Both the position numbers and the translations under genes were made by a program. Under the pieces are notes generated by a model. It did not search any database. It saw only the letters and a program-made list of their open reading frames with translations, and had not been told where the DNA came from. Positions 1-12,289 of a stretch of 64,000 nt of DNA are shown piece after piece. Origin of the DNA: Azolla caroliniana (lineage: Eukaryota > Plantae > Polypodiophyta); NCBI GenBank assembly GCA_043228905.1, contig JBHGNT010000004.1, positions 2,046,001 through 2,110,000 on the forward strand, given 5' to 3'. Each line of letters opens with the position of its first letter. The stretch's first letter is position 1.

Positions 1-1176
1 CAGGCGCCCAGCTCTGTCCGACAATATTGTCATCCAGCTCTACTCCTACGAGTACCCATATTCAAGAAATTTTTAACAGAAAAAGTATAGACTCATTTAG
101 TGATCTCGATGGTTACTACGATCATGGAGAACCTGAGCCATCATCAAGTTCTAGGAGCCAAATTGAGACAGGTGCCTGTGTTCTTCCCATAACCAGGGAG
201 GCAGTAATCTGCGCCACATTGATGCTAATTACATTTTCGTCATCATGCAGGACTAGAGGATGATCCCATTATGCTCCCACGGAATCACCAAATTACAATG
301 GAAACAGGCGCCTACCTCTGCTCTACAATATTTTCAACCAATGGTACTCCTACTAGTGCTCCTATTGAAGAAAATTTCAACAGCAAGAGTATCGACTCAT
401 CTAGTGGTCTCGATAGTTACCAACATCATCAAGAATCTGAGCAGTCCTCAAGATCTTGGAGCGAAATTATTACAGGTTCCCCCCTTCTTCCCATATCCGG
501 GGAGCCATTACTGTCCATCACATTGATGCTAATTACATCTTTATAATCGTGCAGGACTGCTGAATGATCCCATTATGCTCCCATCGAAGCACCAAATTAC
601 AATGGAAACTGGCGCGTACCTCTGTCCTACCATATCGTCACCCACCTGTGCTCCTACTAGTGCTGCCATCATTTTCAACAACAATGGTATCAGCGGTTCG
701 GGTGAGCCCGATGATCACCACCAACACCATCAGGAGCCGGCTTCCTCTACCTCTTGGAGCACAATTGTGACAGGTGCGCCTAGTCTTCGCGTATCTTGGG
801 AGCAAGTAACCGGTGCTAACAATGATGATGCTAATTACGTTATGATCTTCATGCAGGACTGCCGGATGATCCCATCATGCCCCCAGGGGACCAACAAATT
901 ACGATGGAAATAGGCCGCCCTATAAGTAATCCTTTAATTGAGCAGCAGCAGCAGGAGCAACATCAGCCAGGGAGTATAGCATCGTCATGGCAAGCTACTG
1001 CCAGTGATCTAGCCATGTTGCAATACCTAGCACATGAGCTGCTTTTGGACGATGATATGCTTCCAGAACTCCAGGAGCATTCATTATCAAGTGATATCGC
1101 TTCGATTGAGAGTGACCAAGCGGCACCGGCACCGGGCTTATGTACATCTAATTCTGTTAATCATCACCTGAAATGA
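1..1176 (+). CDS. 3' part of an unknown Ser/Thr/Pro-rich protein built from tandemly duplicated exons (5' end outside window)
   Basis: Exons <1-171, 251-475, 555-773, 857-1176 (TGA); introns 172-250, 476-554, 774-856 are GT..GCAG, all phase 1 and similar to each other. The spliced frame is open, each exon starts G-L-x-x-DPIM-x-P-x-x-x-QITME, and the protein ends in an acidic/Leu stretch (DLAMLQYLAHELLLDDDMLPEL). Confidence 0.75.
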
Positions 1177-2998
1177 ATGGCCTAGCTTGCAGCAGCAGCT
1201 TATCTCGTATGGCCACGATGCACGGTCCTCGACAATCATCCAATTGCAAGAGTCGGAGGCCGACTATAGTATATCAATTCCTGATGCTGTTGCTAGTTAC
1301 TTGTTAATTGTTATACACTCATACATAAATGACAATTAACGCCCTTCATATTGTCTATGTGTATGTATGTGGAATGAAATGTCTGCGTATGTGAGAAAGA
1401 CAAGCTAAAACTCCAAGATTATTATTATTGCCTCTCAGCATGAGCGGGACGTGAATTCATCTCTTCTCGATACTCTGATGTCCATTCTTTCGCTGTGGTG
1501 GTTAACGAAATCTTCATCTTCTACATAACTGAGGTAGTTTATTAACAACATTCGTGTGGACAATCGATCCCTTTGTTTGATGTCGTAATCTGTTGTTGTG
1601 GAAGCGACCCCTTTTCATGAAGGAAGGATGACAGTTTAAGGGGGGACGGTTGAATGCGGAGTCTGAGGCTAGACTAACAGATAAGCTGAATAGTGACCAT
1701 TCACCTATAACATAATAATGGTGGATTACCACACTAGTGGTTATACATTCGATTACGGATCTTACTGACTGAAGGAGCACGTCATTACCTGCTCACTCAC
1801 TGCATCCTTCCTTTCCTGTTTTCTCCCGAGGAATAGTTAATCGAGGGGAGGAGCCGGTTATATTATGCTTCTCTTTACCGGGACACAGTGATTGGATTGA
1901 TATGCCGTCAGGCGCACATTGTTTCCTAATAATCATCACACAGACTATGTTGCTGACTGAAAACAAGCATGTTGCATGGAGGGATTTATATTATGATCAT
2001 CAACATAGTACCTATACCTGCAAGACGAAGCAAAATGGAGATGAATGAAATCTGGTACCAACGGCACGATCATATAACAAACCGAACATTTGAAGATGTA
2101 TCTGTTCCGCCTTGTCCTTTTCTGGCTGGTTAATTAACGCAGATGGATTGTGATAATTCCGGCTTAAACTTCTGATCATTTGTATATTTCGCTAGACAAG
2201 AGACGCAATTTGCAAATAATAGAGACAGTTCTTAAAATGAAGAGAACGGATGGAATTGGAAAAGCTCATATAATGTTGAGGGAAATAATATGGAACTTCA
2301 CAACAGCCGATGTAGTATGCAAATAAAGGAATGAAGCAGGAAAAGCAGTGGATATACGTGTGTGCGTGAGTGCGTGTGTACACACAACAATCCAAAGCTG
2401 ATGAATACGATGAGATATTGTACTGAGCGAGGGAAAGTTAAACTAAACAATAAGGAGAGGCTCCTATTTAAATTATGGGATCATGTACATTATAAACCAA
2501 GGATAAAGAGTCAGCTCAGAAAAATTTATACTTCGAATGAAGCAAGCAGTAACAGCTTGTGGACTTCACTGAGAAACAAGAAAGGAACAAAAGAATGAAA
2601 CAAGAACGGAACAGACGAACGCTACGCCAGATGGATATTACATGCTAATGTACAAGCATGATGTTCAAAATCGAAGCAGGCATTATAACAAAACGTTCTT
2701 ACTTTATCTGACTCGTGGCTCTCCGGCTCCAGTTGGCCCGTTGGAAGCTTGTAGATAGGGGAGTAATTTATCTCTGAAGATTTATTCCAGATAAACACAA
2801 CCAGCGCTAGTAACGTGTCTTTGTGAGAAATGTATCTCAGGGTTAGCTTGTTGGAAACACAAGCGAGATTTATAAGAGATAAACACCAAGTAGGGGTGTG
2901 GTTTATCTCGTAAGATTTATAAGAGATAAACACAAGCAAATCTAGAAACATTTTCCTGTGAGAAAGACGAGCCTTCCTATTCAGTTAGATCAATTGTT

Positions 2999-4131
2999 TC
3001 TTCTTCTTCCTCCTCTTGTCGTTAAGTGGAACGGATTCAATGGAGAAGCATGCTCCTTCGTTGAAGTGAATGAAGCGGTCGGAACACAGATGAAAACTTA
3101 ACTGGGAACTACAGAATGAAAGCACAAGAGTTCGGAGGAAGTTAGATTGATAAGTGCAGGTGACGTGAGAGAAAGAGAAGAAGTAGAAGAAATCGCCTTG
3201 TGATTCTAAATAGAATCAATCTAAAGCTTCTCTGAAGTGTCGAAGAAGATGGAGAGGAATTGTTAATAGAAAACTCGCTACATTCTTTATGCGTAGCGAA
3301 AGGATTGTGTGTCCACCATAGACAAAACTGCTTGTTTGTGCAACCTGCAGTGCACTATGAAGTTTCAGTACAAATTGATCATGCCTTCGATAATGATGAT
3401 GATGATGCATTGATGATGATATAACGATGGACGGAATGAAGAAGGTAAAACGTCAATACTATTAATGAAAGGCGCGTTTCTCAAAATTCCATCCAAACAG
3501 ACTGTCTGTTTCATACGCAAAGCTAACAAAGCGCGGGATGTGCTTTGCTAGATCTAGTTCTTCTTCTTCCTCTTGGCGTTAAGTGGAACGGATTCAACGG
3601 AGAAGCATGCTCCTTCGTTGAAGGAAATGAATCATTCGGAACACAGATGCAAAACTCTGCAGTGTCAGGTGATTTTAGTACAGGATGAAAAATTGACAGG
3701 GAAATAGAGAATGGAAGCACAAGAGGTGTGAGGAAGATAGATTTGGCAAGTTCAGGAGAGAGAAGAAGAAATCGCCTTGTGATTCCACATAGAATCAATC
3801 TTAAGTTTCGCTGAAGCGTCGAAGAAGATGGAGAGGAAGTATTTATTAGTAGTAGAGTCGCCACATTCTTTACGCGTAACGAAAGCCATAGCCAAAACTG
3901 TTTGTTTGAGCAACCTGGAGTGCGCTGTGAAGTTTCAATATAACCTGATCATGCCTTCGATTATGATGATGATGATGATGATGATAGAACGACGGATGGA
4001 ATGAAGAAGATAAAGACGTGAAAACTATTAATGAAATTCCATCCAAACAGACTGTCCAATTCATACGCAAAGCTAGCAAACCGCATTCCATCCAAATAGA
4101 CTGTCCAATTCATAGACGCAAAGCTAGCAAA
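2999..4131. repeat. Diverged ~560-bp tandem duplication (about 2999-3527 and 3558-4080) plus a short third copy of its end
   Basis: Shared blocks in both copies: cgttaagtggaacggattcaa.ggagaagcatgctccttcgttgaag; agaaatcgccttgtgatt; gatcatgccttcgat(gat)n. The block ttccatccaaa.agactgtc...cgcaaagcta occurs three times. Confidence 0.85.
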
Positions 4132-6174
4132 CCACTTTCCCATTGAGAGGTGGTGTGTGCGTGTGTCCCGCCTTCTTGGGACGTCTTGGATTGTCGTTTG
4201 TGGCTGTGGATCACTGTCAAACTGACGATGATCCCATGTTCCACTAGTTTCATTCAGTGTTTCTCGTCTCGCCCCAATTTAACACCCATGCCACTCGTTC
4301 GTCTGCCAAATTTGGGATTTTCTAACAATTGTACTCCAAATTTGGGAATCCCCATACCCAGTTTGGGAAATACACAAAGTTCATGTGGTATTTGTTTGGT
4401 CCAACTTGGACCCTCACTTTTTTCGTTTATAGATAAGATATTACTATGGTTTTTGGAGGGCAAATATGACCTGTGTGAAACAAAAAAATATAACATTCTC
4501 ATGTAATAGATGTGAGAGTGACAAGCAACTTTACTAATGAATGTCTCAAACTTGTCGCAATCCAGAGTGCACATAGTGAAACTCTACAATTGTCTCCTTT
4601 TGTGGAAAACTTTTTGCCCAACTTCACCATTATGGACTATAATAATGGTCATACGATTGAATGTGAACGTTCAATCTCCACTCACATATGGCATTCTTGT
4701 TTGATTAATTCTTACACTCAACCAATGTCTAACCCAAGGCAGCATTGGTATTTGACAAGTAAAAAACAATGAAAGGGTGAGAATGAGCATTGGAATGCAT
4801 TTGCAATACATTTCAAATGCTCCCATTGGTGTACATCCAAATTTATTGACTCTATATGCACGATCTCTACATATCTTATTAAATGTCTTTAATTCACATC
4901 ATTGCCTTTATAAATACATTTTTGCCTTTTGCCATCACCCATGCCACTCTCATGAATCGATTGCATTTTTTTATCATAAGTTTCTTGAATTGATTTCTGA
5001 TAAAAGCATAAGTTTTAGAATACTAATCTTCATCATTGGAATGCCTATGATGTAGATCTACCCTTGCACTTATGTTGCATTGGCCTTGCAATGTTGTTCA
5101 CAACATGGCAATGAAGGGCTAGAACAACTAACTTATTTCTATCTATGTTCTCTACATAGACCACTGACTTGAATGTATTAAATCTTCTCGAGAAGCTCTT
5201 TGGAAAAAGGTTTCCAATACTTGTGTTCATACATAAATTCATTACCCCTAATATAGAGAACAACAAAAACAAGCTTGGGCTCTCTCAAATATCACCCTCT
5301 ATTGCATTCTTGTCCTCTCTCTCCTCACATTTACAATGTAACATATATATCTTATTTAAACTCTTTTGTTGTGCATATACACTTGATACCCATAGTAGAG
5401 ACTATATTCTCTATTTCTTCACACGATGGTCATGTATAAATCACTATCAGTTATAGATCGTAGAGTTACAACAAGCAAACTTTCAAAAGCTTGCCAATCT
5501 CATTCCATTGCTAACCAACATATAAAAGTTACGCGTCTTCAAAAGTAAGTGGTTTCTCTAATACTTGCCCACGAAATGAATATATTCTAGTCTTTGTATC
5601 GTTGATTCAAATACCCATGCATTATATGTTATGGTTGTGGAGAGTGACCTAGAGTAAAGCCCACCTGTAGACTTTATGTGCCCTTTTTGGTGTGATATTA
5701 TCTATATATGTGTTTTTCAATGACCATCAATTGTAATGTATACCAACACACACTTACAATGTGTGCCAACTTTTTGAGGTGATATCTATTTATGGTTCTG
5801 TCAACATCCAGCACATGTAATGTACATTGTACACCATTTTCAATGCATGATGGCATTTTCATTTCAAATTTCTCTTTTTCTTTGTCTTAGTTAATGGGAG
5901 GGAAATCCATGTATAGTTTTTTCAAACCAAGGAATTATATCATTGAAATAACAATTTGTTAGACAAACAAATGTATGTTGTCAAAGTTAAACCAATATTG
6001 CATATAAACATCGAACATTACATAATGTAATAAATAATAATAATAATTAAGGGAGTGATTAGTAAAAATGTAATCCCTAAAGACAATTCAATAGAGTTAT
6101 GGTGGTTTAGAGAATATGACATACGATTAATAAATGGAAAACAATACAACACAAACAATATTGTTGATGCCCGA

Positions 6175-6398
6175 TAAATGTTAACTATAGAACTACTCTA
6201 GAATATTCGGAATATTGTTGTATATTATATTTGGTTGTACATATGTATTTAGTGTGAGAGATGGATGTTAAAAGATGATGGAACACTAAATGTTAACTAT
6301 AGAACTACTCTAGAATATTCGGAATATTGTTGTATATTATATTTGGTTGTACATATGTATTTAGTGTGAGAGATGGATGTTAAAAGATGATGGAACAC
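6175..6398. repeat. 2 x 112-bp essentially exact tandem duplication
   Basis: taaatgttaactatagaactactctagaatattcgg...gatgatggaacac at 6175-6286 and 6287-6398. Confidence 0.95.
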
Positions 6399-7599
6399 AT
6401 CTCCTTACCATGGCTATTTTCTTAACTTAAAAAGATAAGACAAGGTTACTTGTAGAAGAATGAGATATTTACAAAGGAAGCTATGAAAATTATGTATGTG
6501 ATGACTTCTAGATCAAATGTTGTGGTATATAAATAGTCTTACCTTTTAAAATCCGATCTGAACAAAGTAATAAAGCAAATCTATTAAGAGATTAGGGAAA
6601 TATAATAAATAACAAATACCCACCCTTTGAAGGCGGCACATATCAGCAATGTTCATTTCACGAAAGTTGGAAGACAAAAAACTTAGAGGAGAGTGTTTAC
6701 TCCAAGTGGTAGTTTTTGGTTATTAAATGTCAACATTATAATTGGAAATGTAGGGAATATAACCATTTTATTATAAGACAACAAAACAAGAAAGTGAAAA
6801 AGAGAATTAGACTATAAAAAGCATATGCTTACATGAAGAGATTGTCTTTATTCTTCGTTTATATGAGTGTCAAGAATACCAAAATTGTGGAGATGATAGG
6901 CCATACATATGATTTAAGTTATAATATATAAATGTTTGTCCTATGAGAAACATGAGTTGTGTTTGTAGAAAGCATTGAGTTCCATTAAAGCACTAACCTC
7001 CTCAACATACATATAATGATATATATATATGGAAGTATTCCCATAGAGTAGTGCATTCTTCATTCCTTGCTCGATGCAAGGACGAGGTTTGTTGTTCAAG
7101 CATAAATAAATTTTGAGTATGCAATGTAGGTGAATTGGTATGAAGAGCAAAGTTGTTATATTAGGCCATCATTTCAATCATCAGAGGTGAGAACAAGCAA
7201 AACTACATGAAGATGGGCAAGGCAAGCAAAAAGAAACCAACATGGTAGCTTAGTCGAGTGCATATTGATTTATAGAGCAACTTAGTTGTAAGAAGTGTAT
7301 GGCACAAGGAAGTGAGGTCTATTGTAATGCATGTACAATTCCTACAAGCTACTACTATATATCTAATAAAAAGCAACTCGGTGATATGTTTCTTGAGTCT
7401 TCCTATTGTATATTATCACTAAGAGGAGCAACAAAGCTATCCCCTTTACATAGAGAGCATTGGGCATGGCAAATGCACGATCTATATGTTAGATGCCCGA
7501 AAGAACTTTCTACATTGTGTTGGTATCATACTTAGCATGACACAGTAATGTAAAGAGAGCGTACAACACTATCTAGAAGGGGGGGGGGGGGGATACGTG

Positions 7600-8014
7600 T
7601 AACAATCGGCAAACCGAACCGCGAAACCGTGGCTTAACGGTAAAAACGGTGCGGATTGGTTTCAATAGTTAGAAACCATGGTTTTAACGGTTTTTTATTT
7701 TTTATTTTTTTAAATTTTTTTTATTTTTTTATTTTAAACAATCTTTTCATTTTCATGCATTATTCTCACATTTTAGGAAAATCTTTAAAATTTTGAAAAT
7801 TTGAAAAACGAAATATTTTAAAATTTAAAATTTCACCTAAGCTGAGAACCGAAACCGAACCATGAAATTGCGGTTTTACCGGTTTAATGGCTGAACGGTT
7901 TGAATAATTTTTAAAGGTTCGGTTCGGTTCTGGTTTCTAAATTTTAAACGATTCGGTTTCAAACCGGTTTTGACCCTCTCGAACCGAACCAAACCAAATC
8001 GTTGCCGATTGTTA
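7600..8014. mobile_element. MITE / non-autonomous DNA transposon
   Basis: Perfect 13-bp terminal inverted repeat TAACAATCGGCAA (7600-7612) / TTGCCGATTGTTA (8002-8014); many subterminal AACCG/CGGTT motifs; AT-rich core; no coding capacity. Confidence 0.8.
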
Positions 8015-9783
8015 GCGTGGGTGTTGGGGACTTCTCTGAGGAGGGTATTGTTGGCAATTTGCAAATACCAAAGATTCCCTGGCTATACATACCTGTAAAT
8101 AAATAAATAAAGTCCAAGTCATTCGATGGAAACTAACGGCGACGTTAAGGAGGTACGTGAAAGTTAACGGCGTGGGCCTCCCCCCACTCTGTCGCGCTTT
8201 CTTTTTTTTCTTCTTTTTGGGTAAACCCTCTCTCTCTCTAAACTCACACACACACACACACGCCTCTCTCTCTCTCTCTCTCTCTCATTCCCTCATTTTC
8301 CAGCTCGTTTTGCTTTTTGCTTTTCTGTCTGCTTTTTCATCATCATCATCTTCTTCTTGTTCTTCCCGATCCTCCGCAATCCATGGTTTCTTCTTCTTCT
8401 GTTGCTACTGCTGCTGCCGCTGCCGTCGTTTCTTCTTCTTCTTTAATATAATGCGCAAGGATCTTACCTAATGCAGAGCTATAGATATATGGCGCTCTTC
8501 TTGCAGCAGGCTTTTTAATCATCATCATCTTCTTCTTCTTCTTTCTCTACATCTGCATCGTAATGCAACAACGAAATATCATTAACAACAACAAAACCCG
8601 TGTAACTAGATTAAAGTGGTATAGTACGGATTCCTTCATTCCTTCCCTCCATTGTTCGTTCTGATCTTAATCAAGTCAAGAATCAACTGGCACTGTAAGA
8701 AAGAATGTATATTATCTCATGTTTTCTGCTCTTTCTGATATATATTTATGCATCCAGATCTCTACAGTCTTCTTGCACTGTAACTTCTCTTTTCTTTACA
8801 ATCTTCTTCTTCCTTCTTTTTTTTCTTCAGATCTAGACGTTTTGCTTCTCGTTTCTGTTTTTTTGAAAGCTTTATCTGAATTACTGCAATTTCATTATAT
8901 CTAAATTACAGTCTTTTTGGGTAAAAGAGCTGTGGTGGAAAGATACTCTCCATTTCTTCAGTTCGCCTTTTGTCACAGTAACTCACATGTTCTTTTCTTT
9001 TCATTTTATGTCCAGGCTATAAATCTCCGTTTCTCTTGAAAATCCGTCTATAATACTTACATCATTACCTCCAATAGTTTGATTCATTGGCTCTTTTTTA
9101 TCCCTATCTAAACCTTGCGGAGTCGTATCCCTTTTCTGTTGGAAATTCATCTAATTGAAGAAACTTTGTTATCTTGAATTTCAGTTTTCTTTGTATAGGA
9201 GCTTTATGTGGAATGTAGCTCAAAGTCCAGAGCAATTCTCTACGTTTATTCACCGGTTTAAGAACGGTGCTTCATAGTTTCTTCCTAAATTTCCTTTTTT
9301 AAACTAGACGAATCGCGTCTTTATTCTGTTCCGATTCGTCTAACCAATCAAATTTGTTTTTTACAGCTAAAAGTTTGCTTGTGGCTATAGCTGATATTGC
9401 CTGAGGATGGCTTGACTTTGCTGAGCTTTGTAAGTCTCTGTGTCTCTCTCCTTCGTCCCATATTCCTCTGTATGTAGATTATAGTCTCCGTTAATGTAAT
9501 CTAACTCGTGTTTGGCAGAAATCATTAAACGTCTCTAAGATTTTGTCAATTTAAGCTATTCAGCAATCAACATATCTAAGCGTTTGTCAAATATTCTAGT
9601 TAGAATTCTCAAATATTTGTTTCCAAAGATGAAATGGAGTTGATTGTGTGACGAGCACAATTATAATATAACTAACTGTGTGCTGCTCGAAGGTAAGAAG
9701 AACAAAAGAAGCACTAAAGTGTGACCGCAAAGAGATCTCATTGTGGGAAAGGTAAAGAAAGGATATCAAGTGATTATCAGAAC

Positions 9784-11181
9784 ATGGGTAGCTCATCTTC
9801 AAAGCATGACTTGACTCCAGATGGCAAAAATCCACCTCTGAAACGCACCTTGTCTTTGCCACACATGAATTTGAAGCTAGATGGATCTACACGATCAAAG
9901 AAAAGTTCGACTAGAGGAAACAGAAGATCCTCGTCCAACCTAAAGCCTGTAAAAGAAGAAGATCGCAGAAATGAAGAAGATCATAGTAATCAAGAAGATT
10001 ATAAGAATGAAAAGATAAATCATACACAAGCTCATCAACAAGAGGATATTGAGATACAGTTTCCTTCTTGGAGGAAAGACTTTCCTGAAGATATCCCGTT
10101 CCTGACGAAGATTAGAACCATGGATTTGATGTCTTTCAGTGCAATCAATAGTCCTGCTCATTCTTTTCGCGCTATGGACCCCGTCGATGGGAACTCTGGT
10201 CTGAGATTGCTATTGAGCCCTATCGATACACCTCGAAGCTTTGCAGCATCAACTAAAAGTGTTCCTTTGAACAAAATATTGACGTACAGTGGATTGCTTC
10301 AGTTTGAAAAAAATAATGATAGTAACGACAATGCTATGGCAAGTCCAAGATCGAATGCAGTATCTTCTTGTAAGCTACACAATCCTGAAGAAATTGAAGG
10401 AATGGGAGATTCCGAAGAACCGAGGAGTCCTCTATTTGATCCATGTATACTAGAAACATTTGAGAAAGCCGTTGCAGCTTCATCTGAGGAAATGGGTTGG
10501 AACAGTAGCTCAAATGTGAGTAATACTAGCTGTTCAAGAATTGGTGGTTCTTCTTCTTCAGACACATGCTCTGATGCAGATAGTCCGGATTGGGTTAAAG
10601 AAAATAACACCCCCAAACCAGTTAATGCACTTCCAGCTGAAGAGAAGATTATTCGAACATCTAAGGTTTCACTACTTCATAGAGATCTTTGGAGCAAGGG
10701 AGACATTCTTAGTAGCTTTGAGCTGAAGTGCCTTCCAAGCTCTGAAGACAAGGTTGTATTATATATAACAAGTCTTCGAGGAATAAGGAAGACATATGAC
10801 GACTGTGGTTTGCTAAGGATGATACTTAAAGGCTATGGAGTACATGTTTATGAGAGAGATGTATGGATGCATTCAAAGTTCAGGCAAGAGCTCACTCATG
10901 CAATGGGAGCTCTTCGAAATGTTCCGAGGTTGTTTATAAGAGGTCGATACATCGGAGGAGTCGATGATGTGAAACACCTACATGAAGAAGGCATTTTGGG
11001 CTGTCTCTTAGAAGGATTTCCATCCGAATCAAGTGATGTATGTGATTTATGTGGAGGTATTAAGTTCATTCCATGCTTCACGTGCAATGGGAGTTGCAAA
11101 ACAACTTGTTTTGATGGAACTTTGCGATGCCCTGATTGCAATGAGAATGGTCTCATTTTATGCCCTTCATGCGATTGGTGA
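9784..11181 (+). CDS. Glutaredoxin-domain protein with C-terminal CxxC cluster (plant GRX-like, At5g39865-type family), 465 aa
   Basis: Intronless ORF from ATG 9784 (MGSSSSK, myristoylation-like). C-terminal KVVLYITSLRGIRKTYDDC..ERDVWMH..VPRLFIRGRYIGG, then CDLCGG.KFIPCFTCNGS.K..RCPDCNENGLILCPSC. CT/CA-rich 5' region at about 8225-8290. Confidence 0.93.
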   Translation: MGSSSSKHDLTPDGKNPPLKRTLSLPHMNLKLDGSTRSKKSSTRGNRRSSSNLKPVKEEDRRNEEDHSNQEDYKNEKINHTQAHQQEDIEIQFPSWRKDFPEDIPFLTKIRTMDLMSFSAINSPAHSFRAMDPVDGNSGLRLLLSPIDTPRSFAASTKSVPLNKILTYSGLLQFEKNNDSNDNAMASPRSNAVSSCKLHNPEEIEGMGDSEEPRSPLFDPCILETFEKAVAASSEEMGWNSSSNVSNTSCSRIGGSSSSDTCSDADSPDWVKENNTPKPVNALPAEEKIIRTSKVSLLHRDLWSKGDILSSFELKCLPSSEDKVVLYITSLRGIRKTYDDCGLLRMILKGYGVHVYERDVWMHSKFRQELTHAMGALRNVPRLFIRGRYIGGVDDVKHLHEEGILGCLLEGFPSESSDVCDLCGGIKFIPCFTCNGSCKTTCFDGTLRCPDCNENGLILCPSCDW

Positions 11182-12289
11182 GAAGGAAGAATACATTTTC
11201 ACCGCGAAACAATATTCTTCATATCCTTTATTGTTGCTTGCCAAAGCTGAGCAGATAATATAATGTTGGTTTTTACTATAGGCCTAACCTTGGATGGCCC
11301 TTCAGTTGTGTATGTATTCTTGAAGGTAAATTGTTTGAAACAATGTAATGTTCACTTTGGGTCTGTAAAAGGTAGAAATATACTTCACATAACTGGTCCT
11401 GGAGTCACAATATACGCAAGATTTGCCCATCACTCAGTCAAGATATCCCACAAATTTATTGTTGTAAATAAACATGTTCTAAGACTCTGGAATCTGGATG
11501 TGATGAAAAGCTGTTTTTACTAGTTTTTCTTAATGCATGTAGAAAATTATGGCTTCACAATAACAATGTCTAACATAAGGTGTTCGCCTACTGTGAACAT
11601 GGGGAATGAGATGTTTAAGCAAGCAAGGACCTTAACATTCTTCTTTTGAAGGCAAAATGTTTTAGCTAGCTCTGCGTAAATTGTGTCTAATGTATAGAAA
11701 TCCTTAAAATGTTAATCTTCTCCTAATATAAAAGCTCTTTGCTAACTATGTAATGTTTGACTTCTAAGGAAAATGTGAATAATCGGTTAACCAAGGGTTT
11801 CAAAATATGTATGTGTATACTCAAGTTAGTTAATGTGAAGTGTCTTTATATATATATGTATGTATGTATATATAATTAAGACTATCTTCTCGTTATTGTC
11901 TCTAATGCAGAAATAGGGAAAATAGTGTGCCAACTATATATCAAACAAAATAGCTGTCTCTCAATCAATCAATTAATGTACTAAATTGAATTGCCTAACC
12001 TCTATGATGTGACTACGCATAGGATTTCACTATATAATAAATGGGCCTTGTGTAAACATCATAGCTTTAGTTTCTCAATCAATAATAGTAAACAGTTAAT
12101 ATCAAGTTTCTTTCATGCATTACAGATTAATCTAGATAAATTGATAATGTGATGAAATTGTTTAAGCAAGCAAGGGCTTTAACATTCTTCACACATTATA
12201 TGATTGGGGCCAAATAGTTTGGCAATCCCACTAACCATCCATCTTATAAAACAATCACCCTAAAGTTAAAGCAAAACATATTCTAAATA

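Noticed and set aside
1762-1782. miR319/159-like TTACTGACTGAAGGAGCACG and a loose resemblance to the RNase MRP 3' end or a TPP riboswitch
   Set aside because: No complementary star arm; the MRP GAAAGTCCCC/GGGGCT helix and the TPP CTGAGA core are absent.
1900-2180. C/D box snoRNA candidates (TGATGA/CTGA-like boxes)
   Set aside because: No rRNA-complementary guide or terminal stem could be recognised.
4150-5600. Decayed transposon coding remnants (also about 17000-19000, 24200-25250, 25600-26750, 35500-36700, 53100-53700)
   Set aside because: Probably old transposon debris, but no diagnostic motif or terminus could be read with confidence.
9721-9783. GTG start for the GRX-like ORF
   Set aside because: Eukaryotic gene; ATG 9784 gives the family-typical MGxxxSK N-terminus.
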